A stretch of DNA of 38,475 nt, taken from the NCBI GenBank assembly GCA_029864225.1, contig JAOTTU010000002.1:1-38475 (forward strand), given 5' to 3'. Source of the stretch: Gammaproteobacteria bacterium. GTDB lineage: Bacteria; Pseudomonadota; Gammaproteobacteria; UBA9214. Both the position numbers and the translations under genes were made by a program. Below, in pieces: positions 19,020 to 29,786 of the stretch (the stretch's first letter is position 1; every line of letters starts with the position of its first letter). The notes under the pieces were generated by a model. The model made no database searches, was not told the DNA's origin, and saw only the letters and a list, made by a program, of their open reading frames with translations.

Positions 19020-19020
19020 A

Positions 19021-21495
<2,475 letters not shown>

Positions 21496-21615
21496 TCACT
21501 GGGTGCGCAAGAATACCGTAGCCTGGATAGCCCCCACAACAAATAAACCCGCCACCTTCACCTGGGGCCCGCTTTGGTCCACACTTGAAATATCACAGGC
21601 ATTCAGGGAACAGAC

Positions 21616-22146
21616 ATGAAAGACGAGCAATCCACACGCGAGCAATGGCTGCGCGCCTATGACGACATGATGGTCCGGGTCAAAACAGCCATCGAGGAAG
21701 CGGAGGAATCCGCCCTGCCGCCACTAAAACGGATGGTGGAACATGCTCGCGATACCGCGGTGGAGCTTGAGGAACTCACCGTGGAAGAAGCCGAAAAGAT
21801 CGCATATTACCTGCAGCGCGATCTCGAGGACGTCGGCAAACACCTGGCCGAGACCGGCCATGAACTGGGTGACTGGCTGCGCTTCGACATACACCAGATC
21901 GAAGCGCGGCTATTGGAAGTGCTGACCCGGGTTGCCGACCACACCCAACTGGAGATCAGGCGCTTCAAGCACGATCTCGAGGTAGGCCCTCCTTACAATG
22001 CCGGCGATGTCACCGGCCCCGGCACCCTGATCTGCGATTCCTGCGGCGAGACCATTCGCTTCCACGCCACCGGCTACATCCCCACCTGTCCGGCCTGTGG
22101 CCATAGCATTTACCATCGCAAAACGGTCAGGGATGAGATCGACTAG
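21616..22146 (+). CDS. Zinc-ribbon-containing protein (DUF1451-like)
   Basis: An acidic helical N-terminal part is followed by a C-terminal CxxC...CxxC ribbon (LICDSCGETIRFHATGYIPTCPACGH). By recollection, the corresponding gene next to leuS in Pseudomonas is of the same type. Confidence 0.8.
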   Translation: MKDEQSTREQWLRAYDDMMVRVKTAIEEAEESALPPLKRMVEHARDTAVELEELTVEEAEKIAYYLQRDLEDVGKHLAETGHELGDWLRFDIHQIEARLLEVLTRVADHTQLEIRRFKHDLEVGPPYNAGDVTGPGTLICDSCGETIRFHATGYIPTCPACGHSIYHRKTVRDEID

Positions 22147-22519
22147 TTCGTGCACACTTCTTGTAGCGCTGCTGTGTCTCTGGCTGGCGCTGCCTGCAGA
22201 TGCCGATGGTGACAACCGCAGGGTCGAACACATTGTCATCGTCTGGCTGAAGGAACCCGGCAACTCTGCGGCACGGGACCGTATCATCGAAGCCAGCACG
22301 GCACTCACCGCCATCCCGGGCGTGGTCTCGCTCAAAAGCGGCAGCGTCATGGCCAGTGACCGACCGATCGTCGACAGCAGTTTCGACGTCGGCCTGATCA
22401 TCACCCTGGTCGACGAAGCGGCCCTGCAGGCCTACCTCACTCATCCCCTGCACCTGACCCTGGTCGAGGAGACCCTGAAACCGCTGGTGGAACGGATCCA
22501 GGTATACGATTTCAGATAA
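22133..22519 (+). CDS. Dabb (stress-responsive A/B barrel) family protein with predicted signal peptide
   Basis: The Dabb core reads VEHIVIVWLKEPGNSAARDRIIE...VGLIITLVDEAALQAYLTHPLH...IQVYDF. The N-terminus MRSTSSCTLLVALLCLWLALPADA looks like a Sec signal peptide. It overlaps the upstream gene by 14 nt. A GTG at 22097 is an alternative start. Confidence 0.8.
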   Translation: MRSTSSCTLLVALLCLWLALPADADGDNRRVEHIVIVWLKEPGNSAARDRIIEASTALTAIPGVVSLKSGSVMASDRPIVDSSFDVGLIITLVDEAALQAYLTHPLHLTLVEETLKPLVERIQVYDFR

Positions 22520-22531
22520 GTGGAGTAAAAA

Positions 22532-22603
22532 TTCACCGCAAAGACGCAAAGGGCGCAAAGATTAAATATCAACCGCAGAGGCGCGGAGAACGCAGAGAAA
22601 AAA
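22532..22603 (+). repeat. Repeat units A+ (TTCACCGCAAAGACGCAAAGGGCGCAAAG) and B+ (CAACCGCAGAGGCGCGGAGAACGCAGAGAAAAAA)
   Basis: Each unit consists of TCACCGC followed by three CGC-RRAG sub-repeats spaced 8-9 nt apart. A+ starts 12 nt after the Dabb stop codon. Inverted partners lie at 22787-22852. Confidence 0.85.
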
Positions 22604-22649
22604 TAAACAAAATATTTGAAAAATACCTGCAACAACTAAAATAACAATC

Positions 22650-22664
22650 GCGCCCGCGGGGCGC
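22650..22664 (+). terminator. Small GC hairpin (weak terminator candidate)
   Basis: The hairpin GCGCCC-gcg-GGGCGC is followed by TCAATAATTTGTG. Confidence 0.3.
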
Positions 22665-22687
22665 TCAATAATTTGTGTACCTGATAT

Positions 22688-22764
22688 CGTAGGTCGGGCA
22701 AAGCGCAGCGTGCCCGGCACAGGGAGTTTATGGGCACAGCCTTACGGCCTTTGCCCATCCTACG
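22688..22764. mobile_element. 77-bp REP-doublet (REPIN) or MITE-like palindromic element with 9-bp flanking direct repeats
   Basis: The termini CGTAGGTCGGGCAAAG and CTTTGCCCATCCTACG are inverted (14/16). Each arm also folds on itself (CGGGCA..TGCCCG and GGGCA..TGCCC). The 5' GTAGG resembles the E. coli REP layout. A perfect ACCTGATAT occurs at 22679-22687 and again at 22765-22773. Confidence 0.7.
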
Positions 22765-22786
22765 ACCTGATATGCATAGCGCTGGC

Positions 22787-22852
22787 CTCCGCGATCTCTG
22801 CGTCTCAGCGGTGAAATTTTTTTGCTATTTTCCTTTGCGCCTTTGCGGTGAA
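22787..22852 (-). repeat. Repeat units B- and A- (inverted partners of 22532-22603)
   Basis: The reverse complement reads TTCACCGCAAAGGCGCAAAGG ... TTCACCGCTGAGACGCAGAGATCGCGGAG. On the minus strand, unit A begins 2 nt after the lnt TAA. Confidence 0.85.
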
Positions 22853-22854
22853 GA

Positions 22855-24342
22855 TTACGGATTCCTGCGGGCGACGAAGCCGCCCGCCAGCAGGCTGGTC
22901 AGGGCCAGCAGCAGCACCGGCAGGTTGCCGAACCTCACGTAGGGCGTGGCACCCTGGCGCGGGATCACCGTGCCGCTTACCACGGCCTCTTCGAACTGCC
23001 GGCTGCGCGCCGTAATCCGGCCGCTGTGGTCGATAATGGCCGAGATACCGGTATTGGTGGCCCGCAGCAACGGCCGCCCGGCCTCTTTTGCGCGCATTCG
23101 CGACATTTCCAGGTGCTGGTGCGGCGCCAGTGAATCACCGAACCAGCCATCGTTGCTGACGTTGACCAGCAGGGCCGCCTCCGGCAGGGCCTGGATGATC
23201 TCTGCACCGAAGACGATTTCAAAACAAATCGAGGCCGCCACGGGCACACCCGCGGCCTGCAGCAGCGCCTGATTGTCATCACCCGCAGAGAAATCCGCAT
23301 TCGGGACCGCAAGGGCGTCCAGCCGGTCTCCCAGCAGACCGCGCAAGGGCAGGTATTCCCCGAACGGCACCAGGTGCCGCTTGTGGTAAAACCGGCGCGC
23401 ATCACCGATGCTCATGACGCTGTTGTAGTAACGCCATTCGGTCTTGTCCAGCACCGGGATCCCGGTCAGGAGTGTGGCACCGCTGGCCTGCAGTTCCGCC
23501 TCCAGATAGGGAATGAAGTTGTCTTCCACCTGGTGGTAGAACGCGGGAATCGCCGTTTCCGGCCAGACGACCAGGTCCTTGTCCTGCAGCGCGAAGGTGA
23601 GCGCCGAGTAACGCTCCAGGGTGTGCAGCAGATTCTCCGGCGCCCACTTGTTCTCCTGGGCTATATTGCCCTGCACCAGGGCCACCTGCAGCGCTTCACC
23701 GCGTGGCCCGGTCCATTCCACCCGATCGGCGAAATAGCCGCCAAGCCAGAGCGCGCACAGCAGGACCAGGCTGGGAATGCGCGCCTGTTTCCTCAACAGC
23801 GCGACTACCAGGGCCGCACTCAAGGCCGCTGCCCAGCCCACGCCGTAGTTCCCCAGCAGTGCGGCAAAACCGGCCAGTGGTGTGTCGATCTGACTGGTGC
23901 CGATCGTCAGCCAGGGGAGCCCGGTGAATAGCCAGCCACGCAGCCATTCGGCCAGGACCCAGCCGGCGGGGAACACGGCCACCACGACCAGCCAGGAACT
24001 ACCCGGCGCAATGCGCTTGAGGAAATACCCGAGCAAGGCGGGAAACAGGGCCAGGACGACAACCAGGGCGGTGGCCACCAGGCTGGCGGTCACCACCGGT
24101 ACGTGCCCGTAGGTATGGATGCTGACATACACCCAGGAGATACCCACGCCAAAGAAGCCGAGCCCGAACAGGGCCCCGTGCCAGATGGCCTGACGCGGTG
24201 TATCCAGCAGCCACTGGTTGAACAGGATTGCCAGCGCGAGAATGACGAGCGGGAACCAGCCCAGTGGAGCGAAGGCCGTCACGGCCATGCCGCCGGCTAT
24301 CAGGACAAACAGCCCACCGAATCGCTGTACCGGGTTAATCAC
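22855..24342 (-). CDS. lnt: Apolipoprotein N-acyltransferase
   Basis: A multi-TM N-terminal half is followed by a C-terminal CN-hydrolase domain (VVWPETAIP, ASICFE). It uses a GTG start that overlaps the corC TGA (GTGA). It follows the corC-lnt order. Confidence 0.93.
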   Translation of the reverse strand: MINPVQRFGGLFVLIAGGMAVTAFAPLGWFPLVILALAILFNQWLLDTPRQAIWHGALFGLGFFGVGISWVYVSIHTYGHVPVVTASLVATALVVVLALFPALLGYFLKRIAPGSSWLVVVAVFPAGWVLAEWLRGWLFTGLPWLTIGTSQIDTPLAGFAALLGNYGVGWAAALSAALVVALLRKQARIPSLVLLCALWLGGYFADRVEWTGPRGEALQVALVQGNIAQENKWAPENLLHTLERYSALTFALQDKDLVVWPETAIPAFYHQVEDNFIPYLEAELQASGATLLTGIPVLDKTEWRYYNSVMSIGDARRFYHKRHLVPFGEYLPLRGLLGDRLDALAVPNADFSAGDDNQALLQAAGVPVAASICFEIVFGAEIIQALPEAALLVNVSNDGWFGDSLAPHQHLEMSRMRAKEAGRPLLRATNTGISAIIDHSGRITARSRQFEEAVVSGTVIPRQGATPYVRFGNLPVLLLALTSLLAGGFVARRNP

Positions 24343-25223
24343 GACGTACTGCTGATTTCTGAATCCGGTTCTTCGGCAGGCCTGGGCAATAACGTCAGTT
24401 GCAGCATATGGATACGGCGATTATCTGCACGCAGTACCTTGAACAGAAAATAGTCGATGACAACACGCTCACCGCGTTTGGGCAGATGACCGATGCGATG
24501 GGTCACCAGTCCGCCGATGGTGTCGAACTCCTCATCCGGGAAAGCGCTACCGAAATACTCATTGAAATCCTCAATCGGTGTCAGCGCCTTGATGGTGTAA
24601 TGCACCTCGCTGTGCTTGCGGATGGTGTCCTCTTCCTCCACATCATGCTCGTCCTCGATCTCGCCGACGATCTGCTCCAGCACATCCTCGATGGTTACCA
24701 TACCTGCCATGCCACCGTACTCGTCCACGACGATGGCCATGTGATTGCGGCTGGAACGGAATTCATTCAACAGCACGTTGAGACGCTTGCTCTCCGGCAC
24801 AAACACTGCGGGGCGTAATATATCGCGTACGTTGAAATGGCCGCTGGTACGTTCGAAGGTGTAGAGCAGCAGATCCTTGGCCAGGAGGATGCCGACGATC
24901 TCATCGCGGCTTTCACCGATTACCGGGAAGCGCGAGTGGCCCGACTCGACGACCGTGCGCAGCAGCGCCTGCGGTTCGGCGTCACGGTCCAGCATCACCA
25001 CCTGGGAACGCGGGATCATGATGTCGCGCACCTGCAGGTCGTCCACCTGCAACACGCCCTCGATCATCGCGAGGGCATCGGCATCGTACAGGTTCTTGCG
25101 CTGGGCGGAGCGCAGCAGCTCGATCAGCTGCTCGTTATCGGTCGGTTCCCACAGCAGCGTCTGTTTCAGCCGGGCTGACCAGGAGCGCTTCGCGGGACCG
25201 TTGCTAGGTCGGTCTTTGTTCAT
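24339..25223 (-). CDS. corC: HlyC/CorC family magnesium/cobalt efflux-associated protein (YbeX)
   Basis: A CBS pair ([35 protein letters not shown]) is followed by a CorC_HlyC C-terminal domain ([19 protein letters not shown]). Confidence 0.93.
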   Translation of the reverse strand: MNKDRPSNGPAKRSWSARLKQTLLWEPTDNEQLIELLRSAQRKNLYDADALAMIEGVLQVDDLQVRDIMIPRSQVVMLDRDAEPQALLRTVVESGHSRFPVIGESRDEIVGILLAKDLLLYTFERTSGHFNVRDILRPAVFVPESKRLNVLLNEFRSSRNHMAIVVDEYGGMAGMVTIEDVLEQIVGEIEDEHDVEEEDTIRKHSEVHYTIKALTPIEDFNEYFGSAFPDEEFDTIGGLVTHRIGHLPKRGERVVIDYFLFKVLRADNRRIHMLQLTLLPRPAEEPDSEISSTS

Positions 25224-25333
25224 TAAGTATCAGTCGGTTGTGGAATATTTATAACAGCTTTCATTATCTCGTTGGGGGATGTTCTGTAGCCCTATAAGGA
25301 CCCATTTGCGCGCATTTCCAGCGCGGCGGTTGC

Positions 25334-25810
25334 CTAGCCCGTCCCTGCAGGCCGATAGGGATCGGCGTACCCGAGCCCGGCAAGCAGCCGCCTTTCCAGG
25401 TCCTCCATCGCCAATGCCACGGCCTCTTCCCGGTGGTCATGCCCGAGCAGGTGCAGTACGCCGTGGATAACAATGTGTGCCCAGTGCGCCTCCAGTGACT
25501 TGCCTTGTGCAATCGCCTCGGCGGCGACGACCGGTGCGCAGATCACCACATCCCCGATGAGCCCGGTGCTTACCCCCGGCATGGGCTCATAAGGAAATGA
25601 CAACACGTTGGTTGCTCCCGCCTTGCCACGGTACTCGCTGTTGAGTGCCGTGATCTCCGCCTCGTCCACGACCCGCACGCACAGCTCGGCATTATCCGCT
25701 GCGGCCTCCTTAAGGGCATGCTGCGCATATGCCCGGATGGTCTCGGCAGGCGGTATACCGCCCCCGGTCACGGCGTACTGGATGTCGATGCGCTCCACTG
25801 TATCTGTCAT
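25334..25810 (-). CDS. ybeY: rRNA maturation endoribonuclease YbeY
   Basis: The zinc motif HGVLHLLGHDH is present. The ATG at 25810 lies 5 nt after the phoH stop codon. The longer track ORF (to 25993) would overlap phoH and is rejected. Confidence 0.93.
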   Translation of the reverse strand: MTDTVERIDIQYAVTGGGIPPAETIRAYAQHALKEAAADNAELCVRVVDEAEITALNSEYRGKAGATNVLSFPYEPMPGVSTGLIGDVVICAPVVAAEAIAQGKSLEAHWAHIVIHGVLHLLGHDHREEAVALAMEDLERRLLAGLGYADPYRPAGTG

Positions 25811-25817
25811 GTCCGAA

Positions 25818-26804
25818 TCACTGCCCCTGGTGGTTGGCCCGGTCATAGACTTCGTAGGCCGAGATGATGCGCTGCACCAGTGGATGGCGCACGACATCGT
25901 GCGAGGTGAAAAAGGTGAAGCTGATGCCCGTCTGGTTCTTGAGCACATCGGCAGCCTGGCGCAGGCCCGATTGCGTTTGCTTGGGCAGGTCAATCTGGGT
26001 GATGTCTCCGGTTACCACCGCGGTGGAACCGAAACCGATACGGGTCAGAAACATTTTCATCTGTTCAATGGTCGTATTCTGCGCCTCATCGAGGATGATG
26101 AACGAATCGTTCAGGCTGCGTCCACGCATGAAAGCAAGCGGCGCCACCTCGATGACATTGCGCTCGATCAGCTTCGCCACCCGGTCCAGCCCCAGCATTT
26201 CATACAAGGCGTCATACAGCGGTCGCAGGTAGGGATCGACCTTCTGCGTCATATCACCGGGGAGAAACCCCAGGCGCTCCCCCGCCTCCACTGCAGGGCG
26301 CACTAGCACCAGTCGGCTGACCTTCTCCTGTTCCAGGGCCTGTACCGCGCAGGCCACCGCGAGATAGGTCTTGCCGGTACCCGCAGGCCCGATGCCGAAG
26401 TTAAGGTCATGGCGGAGAATATTCTTCAGATAGTGGTCCTGGTTGACGCCACGCGGGGAGATGGGCTTGCTGGGCGTATGGATCACCACCGCCTCGGCAC
26501 TGCCGGCCGCGTTGGCACGGGTCTGGTCCGCCCCGGGCTGTTGCAGGTAGAGGTGGACCTTCTCCGGAGTCAGGGAATCGTTCCCGGTTTCCGCATACAG
26601 GCCTTGCAGGATCTGGCCGGCATGAGCAACCGCGTCTGACTCTCCGATAATTCGGAAGCGGTTGCCGCGACTGTTGATCTCCACACCGAGACGTTGCTCA
26701 AGCTGGTGCAGGTGCTCATCGAACTGCCCGCACAAATCCGCCAGACGCTTGTTATCTGGCGGCTCGAGCGAGATATCGATGGAGTGGATCCGGGAACTCA
26801 ACAC
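25818..26804 (-). CDS. ybeZ: PhoH-like ATPase (YbeZ)
   Basis: Walker A (GPAGTGKTYLA) and the PhoH motif ILDEAQNTT are present. A GTG start at 26804 lies 4 nt after the miaB TGA. The ATG at 26909 in the track would overlap miaB by 100 nt. Confidence 0.88.
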   Translation of the reverse strand: MLSSRIHSIDISLEPPDNKRLADLCGQFDEHLHQLEQRLGVEINSRGNRFRIIGESDAVAHAGQILQGLYAETGNDSLTPEKVHLYLQQPGADQTRANAAGSAEAVVIHTPSKPISPRGVNQDHYLKNILRHDLNFGIGPAGTGKTYLAVACAVQALEQEKVSRLVLVRPAVEAGERLGFLPGDMTQKVDPYLRPLYDALYEMLGLDRVAKLIERNVIEVAPLAFMRGRSLNDSFIILDEAQNTTIEQMKMFLTRIGFGSTAVVTGDITQIDLPKQTQSGLRQAADVLKNQTGISFTFFTSHDVVRHPLVQRIISAYEVYDRANHQGQ

Positions 26805-26808
26805 AGGA

Positions 26809-28179
26809 TCAGGCGCAGTTCGCTTCCGGAGCGCCGCTGGTTTCGCCTTCCACCAGAGCAACAAGCACGCCCCGCAGCGAGTTCGGCAGCGCCTCGGTAA
26901 TACGCACATTAACGAAACGCCCGATCAGCGCGGGATCGGCATCGAAGTTCACGACGCGGTTGTTTTCCGTGCGGCCGGAGAGCTGGTCATCCCGCTTGCG
27001 CGAGGTCTTCTCGACCAGGATGCGCTCGATATTACCGACCATGCCCGCACTGATCGCGGCCGCCATTTCGCCGATACGCGATTGCAGACGTTCCAGGCGT
27101 GCCTTTTTGATGCTGAGGGGGACATCATCCGGCATCGCGGCCGCAGGTGTGCCGGGGCGCTGGCTATAGATAAAACTGAAGGAATGGTCAAATCCGAGCG
27201 CCTCGATCAGGTCCATTGTCTGCTCGAAGTCATTGTCGGTTTCGCCGGGAAACCCGATTATGAAGTCTGATGACACGCTGATACCGGGACGCACCGCGCG
27301 CAGCCTGCGGATGATGGACTTGTATTCCAGCACCGTGTGGTTGCGTTTCATCAGGGCCAGTATGCGGTCGGAGCCACTCTGTACCGGCAGGTGCAGATGC
27401 CCCACCAGTTCAGGCACCTCGGCATACACCTGGATCAGGCTGTCGCTCATCTCCAGCGGGTGCGAGGTGGTGTAGCGGATACGGTCTATGCCGTCGATCG
27501 CCGCGATATAGGTGATCAGCAAAGCCAGGTCGGCAACTTCACCGTCATGCATATCACCGCAGTAGGCATTGACGTTCTGGCCCAGCAGGGTGACCTCGCG
27601 CACGCCCTGCTCTGCCAGGGCGACGGTCTCGGCGATGATGTCATCAAACGGCCGGCTGACCTCCTCGCCCCGCGTATAAGGCACCACGCAAAAGCTGCAG
27701 TACTTGCTGCAGCCTTCCATGATTGACACAAAGGCAGTCGGCCCCTCCGCGCGCGGTGGCGGCAGACTGTCGAATTTCTCGATTTCCGGGAAGCTGATAT
27801 CGATAACCGGGCTGCGGGCACGGCGCACTTCATCGATCATTGCCGGCAGGCGATGCAGCGTCTGCGGACCGAACACCAGGTCGACACAGGGCGCCCGGGT
27901 ACGGATCGCCTCGCCCTCCTGGCTGGCGACACACCCGCCCACGCCGATCACCAGGCCCGGCCGTGCATCCTTCAGTTCCTTCCAGCGGCCCAGCTCAGAG
28001 AACACCTTTTCCTGTGCCTTCTCGCGGATGGAACAGGTATTCAGCAGCAGCACATCGGCCGCGGCCGGATCGGTGGTCACCTCGAGACGATGGGAGGCGG
28101 CCAGCACGTCCGCCATCTTGGTGGAATCGTACTCATTCATCTGGCAACCGTGCGTCTTTATGTAGAGCTTGCCTGTCAT
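26809..28179 (-). CDS. miaB: tRNA-2-methylthio-N6-dimethylallyladenosine synthase
   Basis: The UPF0004 N-terminal motif ([14 protein letters not shown]), the radical-SAM motif [15 protein letters not shown] and a TRAM C-terminal domain are present. Confidence 0.96.
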   Translation of the reverse strand: MTGKLYIKTHGCQMNEYDSTKMADVLAASHRLEVTTDPAAADVLLLNTCSIREKAQEKVFSELGRWKELKDARPGLVIGVGGCVASQEGEAIRTRAPCVDLVFGPQTLHRLPAMIDEVRRARSPVIDISFPEIEKFDSLPPPRAEGPTAFVSIMEGCSKYCSFCVVPYTRGEEVSRPFDDIIAETVALAEQGVREVTLLGQNVNAYCGDMHDGEVADLALLITYIAAIDGIDRIRYTTSHPLEMSDSLIQVYAEVPELVGHLHLPVQSGSDRILALMKRNHTVLEYKSIIRRLRAVRPGISVSSDFIIGFPGETDNDFEQTMDLIEALGFDHSFSFIYSQRPGTPAAAMPDDVPLSIKKARLERLQSRIGEMAAAISAGMVGNIERILVEKTSRKRDDQLSGRTENNRVVNFDADPALIGRFVNVRITEALPNSLRGVLVALVEGETSGAPEANCA

Positions 28180-28294
28180 ATTATTTCAATAAAGATCAAT
28201 AAACTTCGGTAATCGGTTGAATATACTTTGTTTCCCCGCCGCTTTCCATCCGCAAAACGGCGTGTTGCCACGGAGTTACACGGAAAAAAATCAT

Positions 28295-28369
28295 ATCACC
28301 GCGGAGACGCGGAGGACGCAGAGAAAAGCATGTCAAGAATTTCACCGCAAAGGCGCAAAGGACGCAAAG
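28295..28369 (+). repeat. Repeat units B+ (ATCACCGCGGAGACGCGGAGGACGCAGAGAAAAG) and A+ (TTCACCGCAAAGGCGCAAAGGACGCAAAG)
   Basis: This is the same family as at 22532-22603, but the unit order is B then A. Inverted partners lie at 28496-28562. Confidence 0.85.
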
Positions 28370-28495
28370 TCAATTGATTGATAAAAATCCCGGTCATTTC
28401 AAAAAAGACGGGGCGCATTTCATGATTGATATGCCGCAGCATGCATCCTTGGCCGCGCAGCATTTGAAATTGATTTTATAATTTTTACTTGTGTT

Positions 28496-28562
28496 CTTTG
28501 CGATCTTTGCGCCTTTGCGGTGAAGACTTTATTCTCGGCGCCCTCTGCGTCTCTGCGGTGAA
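28496..28562 (-). repeat. Repeat units A- and B- (inverted partners) in the 3' flank of rnpB
   Basis: The reverse complement reads TTCACCGCAGAGACGCAGAGGGCGCCGAG ... TTCACCGCAAAGGCGCAAAGATCGCAAAG. A- matches A+ at 27 of 29 positions. Confidence 0.85.
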
Positions 28563-28593
28563 TAAAATCCTTGTTACAAACTTTAAATAAAAA

Positions 28594-28935
28594 GGGAGTC
28601 GGCCGGTAAGCCGGGTTCTGTCGTGGACAGCCATTCATCTGGGATACACGTCACCGTGCACCTCGAGCGACCTACCCGGGAACCATGCGGGCCGCATGAT
28701 CGTTCCCCTATTTGGTCTTGCTCCGGGTGGGGTTTACCCTGCCACGCCTGTTACCAGGCGCGCGGTGCGCTCTTACCGCACCTTTTCACCCTTACCCGCT
28801 CCGCGTACGAAACAGGCGGTATATTTTCTGTGGCACTTTCCATGGACTCGCGCCCCCCAGGTGTTACCTGGCACCCTGCCCTGTGGAGCCCGGACTTTCC
28901 TCCCCGCAAGCGGGGCGACTGCCTGGCCAACTCCC
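28594..28935 (-). ncRNA. rnpB: RNase P RNA, bacterial type A (M1 RNA)
   Basis: The reverse complement aligns with E. coli M1 RNA: GGCAGUCGCC, GAGGAAAGUCCGGGCUCCA, AGGGCAGGGUGCCAGGUAAC, GGUAAGGGUGAAA.GGUGCGGUAAGAGCGCACC, CCCGGAGCAAG.CCAAAUAGGGG, AGAUGAAUG.CUGUCCACGACAGAACCCGGCUUA. P1 pairs GGGAGUUGGCC with GGCCGACUCCC. The ends are good to a few nt. Confidence 0.95.
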
Positions 28936-28942
28936 ATTGACA

Positions 28943-28948
28943 AGTATA
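28943..28948 (-). promoter_or_regulatory. Candidate -10 box (TATACT) for rnpB
   Basis: On the minus strand TATACT lies 7 nt upstream of the predicted rnpB 5' G. No convincing -35 was found. Confidence 0.4.
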
Positions 28949-29070
28949 AGGAAAACCAGCGGGCAGGACGACAGAAAAGTATGCCCGGGACTCATGCCCG
29001 GTATAACGTATGTGATGCAAGTTATTGATATTATAGGCTAGTGCCTGTCGGCCGCGGGGACGAGTACGGC

Positions 29071-29571
29071 CTAGGAGCCCCCGGGCCGCGACTTGCGTCG
29101 TTTGCGGAACAGCTTCCCCAGCTTCCGGTTAAAGACATTGTCGCGCGAAAGCCAGGGGAGGACCGGATGGCGGGCGCGCAGGTTGAACTCCTTGAGCAAG
29201 CGCCGCAGCCCCGGATGCTTGGCATCGATCCTCAGGCCGCGGCGCAGCGCCATGTAGGCGCCCCCCCTGAAGTCCAGTTTGTATTCGGCCATGGCCAGGT
29301 TGTAATACACCTCCACGTCCACCTGTTCGCCGACAGCCGCCTTGCGGCACAGCTTCACACCGCTCGCGTCGCCCATGAAGACGCGCACCAGCCCATGGAA
29401 GGAGGTGTAGCGGTTCTGATAGATGTCATCCATTTCGGCATACTCGTCGGCGGCCCGAAATAAATTCAGTGCACCTTTCAGGTCACGTTTCTCGTAGCAG
29501 CGCATCCCGTTCAGAAAATCATCGCGCAGCCGTGTCCGGCTGCCGGTCTCCCATGGGTCGTATTGCCTCAT
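29071..29571 (-). CDS. Hypothetical TPR-like helical protein with basic C-terminal tail (166 aa)
   Basis: TPR-like helix pairs are present (FLNGMRCYEKRDLKGALNLFRAA, VYYNLAMAEYKLDFRGGAYMALRRGLRID). The tail is Lys/Arg-rich (NRKLGKLFRKRRKSRPGGS). It is transcribed divergently from glgA. Confidence 0.6.
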   Translation of the reverse strand: MRQYDPWETGSRTRLRDDFLNGMRCYEKRDLKGALNLFRAADEYAEMDDIYQNRYTSFHGLVRVFMGDASGVKLCRKAAVGEQVDVEVYYNLAMAEYKLDFRGGAYMALRRGLRIDAKHPGLRRLLKEFNLRARHPVLPWLSRDNVFNRKLGKLFRKRRKSRPGGS

Positions 29572-29786
29572 CGCCTTCTCCTAAATATGCGTCAGAAAAT
29601 ACACGCCTGTAATACTAACCACCCGTTCTGCCCAGAACTATAGACTCTAGGGGCTGCTCCGAACCAGCGGCAAGAGTAATCCCTGCAGCGGAAAACGCAA
29701 GCCGGGCGCCTTGACGCGACCAGCAACTTCCAGCAACCTTGCGACTTGCGAACACCGGCAACACGCACAGGATAGAGCCCACAGGG

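Noticed and set aside
22527-22860. Possible CRISPR array, also considered for 28290-28570.
   Set aside because: The units are only about 29 nt and contain internal 8-9-nt sub-repeats. They occur as inverted pairs rather than as direct repeats, have no regularly sized unique spacers, and have no cas genes nearby.
22441-22942. ORFs 22441..22635(-) and 22730..22942(+), together with 28420..28638(-).
   Set aside because: They read through the CGC-RRAG and REP-like repeats and give peptides such as FTAKAQRSQR, HRRDAEGAE and PLRLCGE. They are repeat-derived pseudo-ORFs without start-site context.
25334-25993. The long 219-aa version of the ybeY ORF, and the 363-aa version of the phoH ORF (to 26909).
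   Set aside because: The N-terminal extensions overlap the upstream genes by 100-180 nt and encode Arg/Cys/Ser-rich sequence unrelated to the families. Internal starts at 25810 (ATG) and 26804 (GTG) lie immediately after the upstream stop codons.
28623-29041. Four overlapping ORFs of 89-110 aa on both strands.
   Set aside because: They lie over the RNase P RNA gene, whose identity is clear from near-universal conserved segments. They are spurious translations of a structured RNA.
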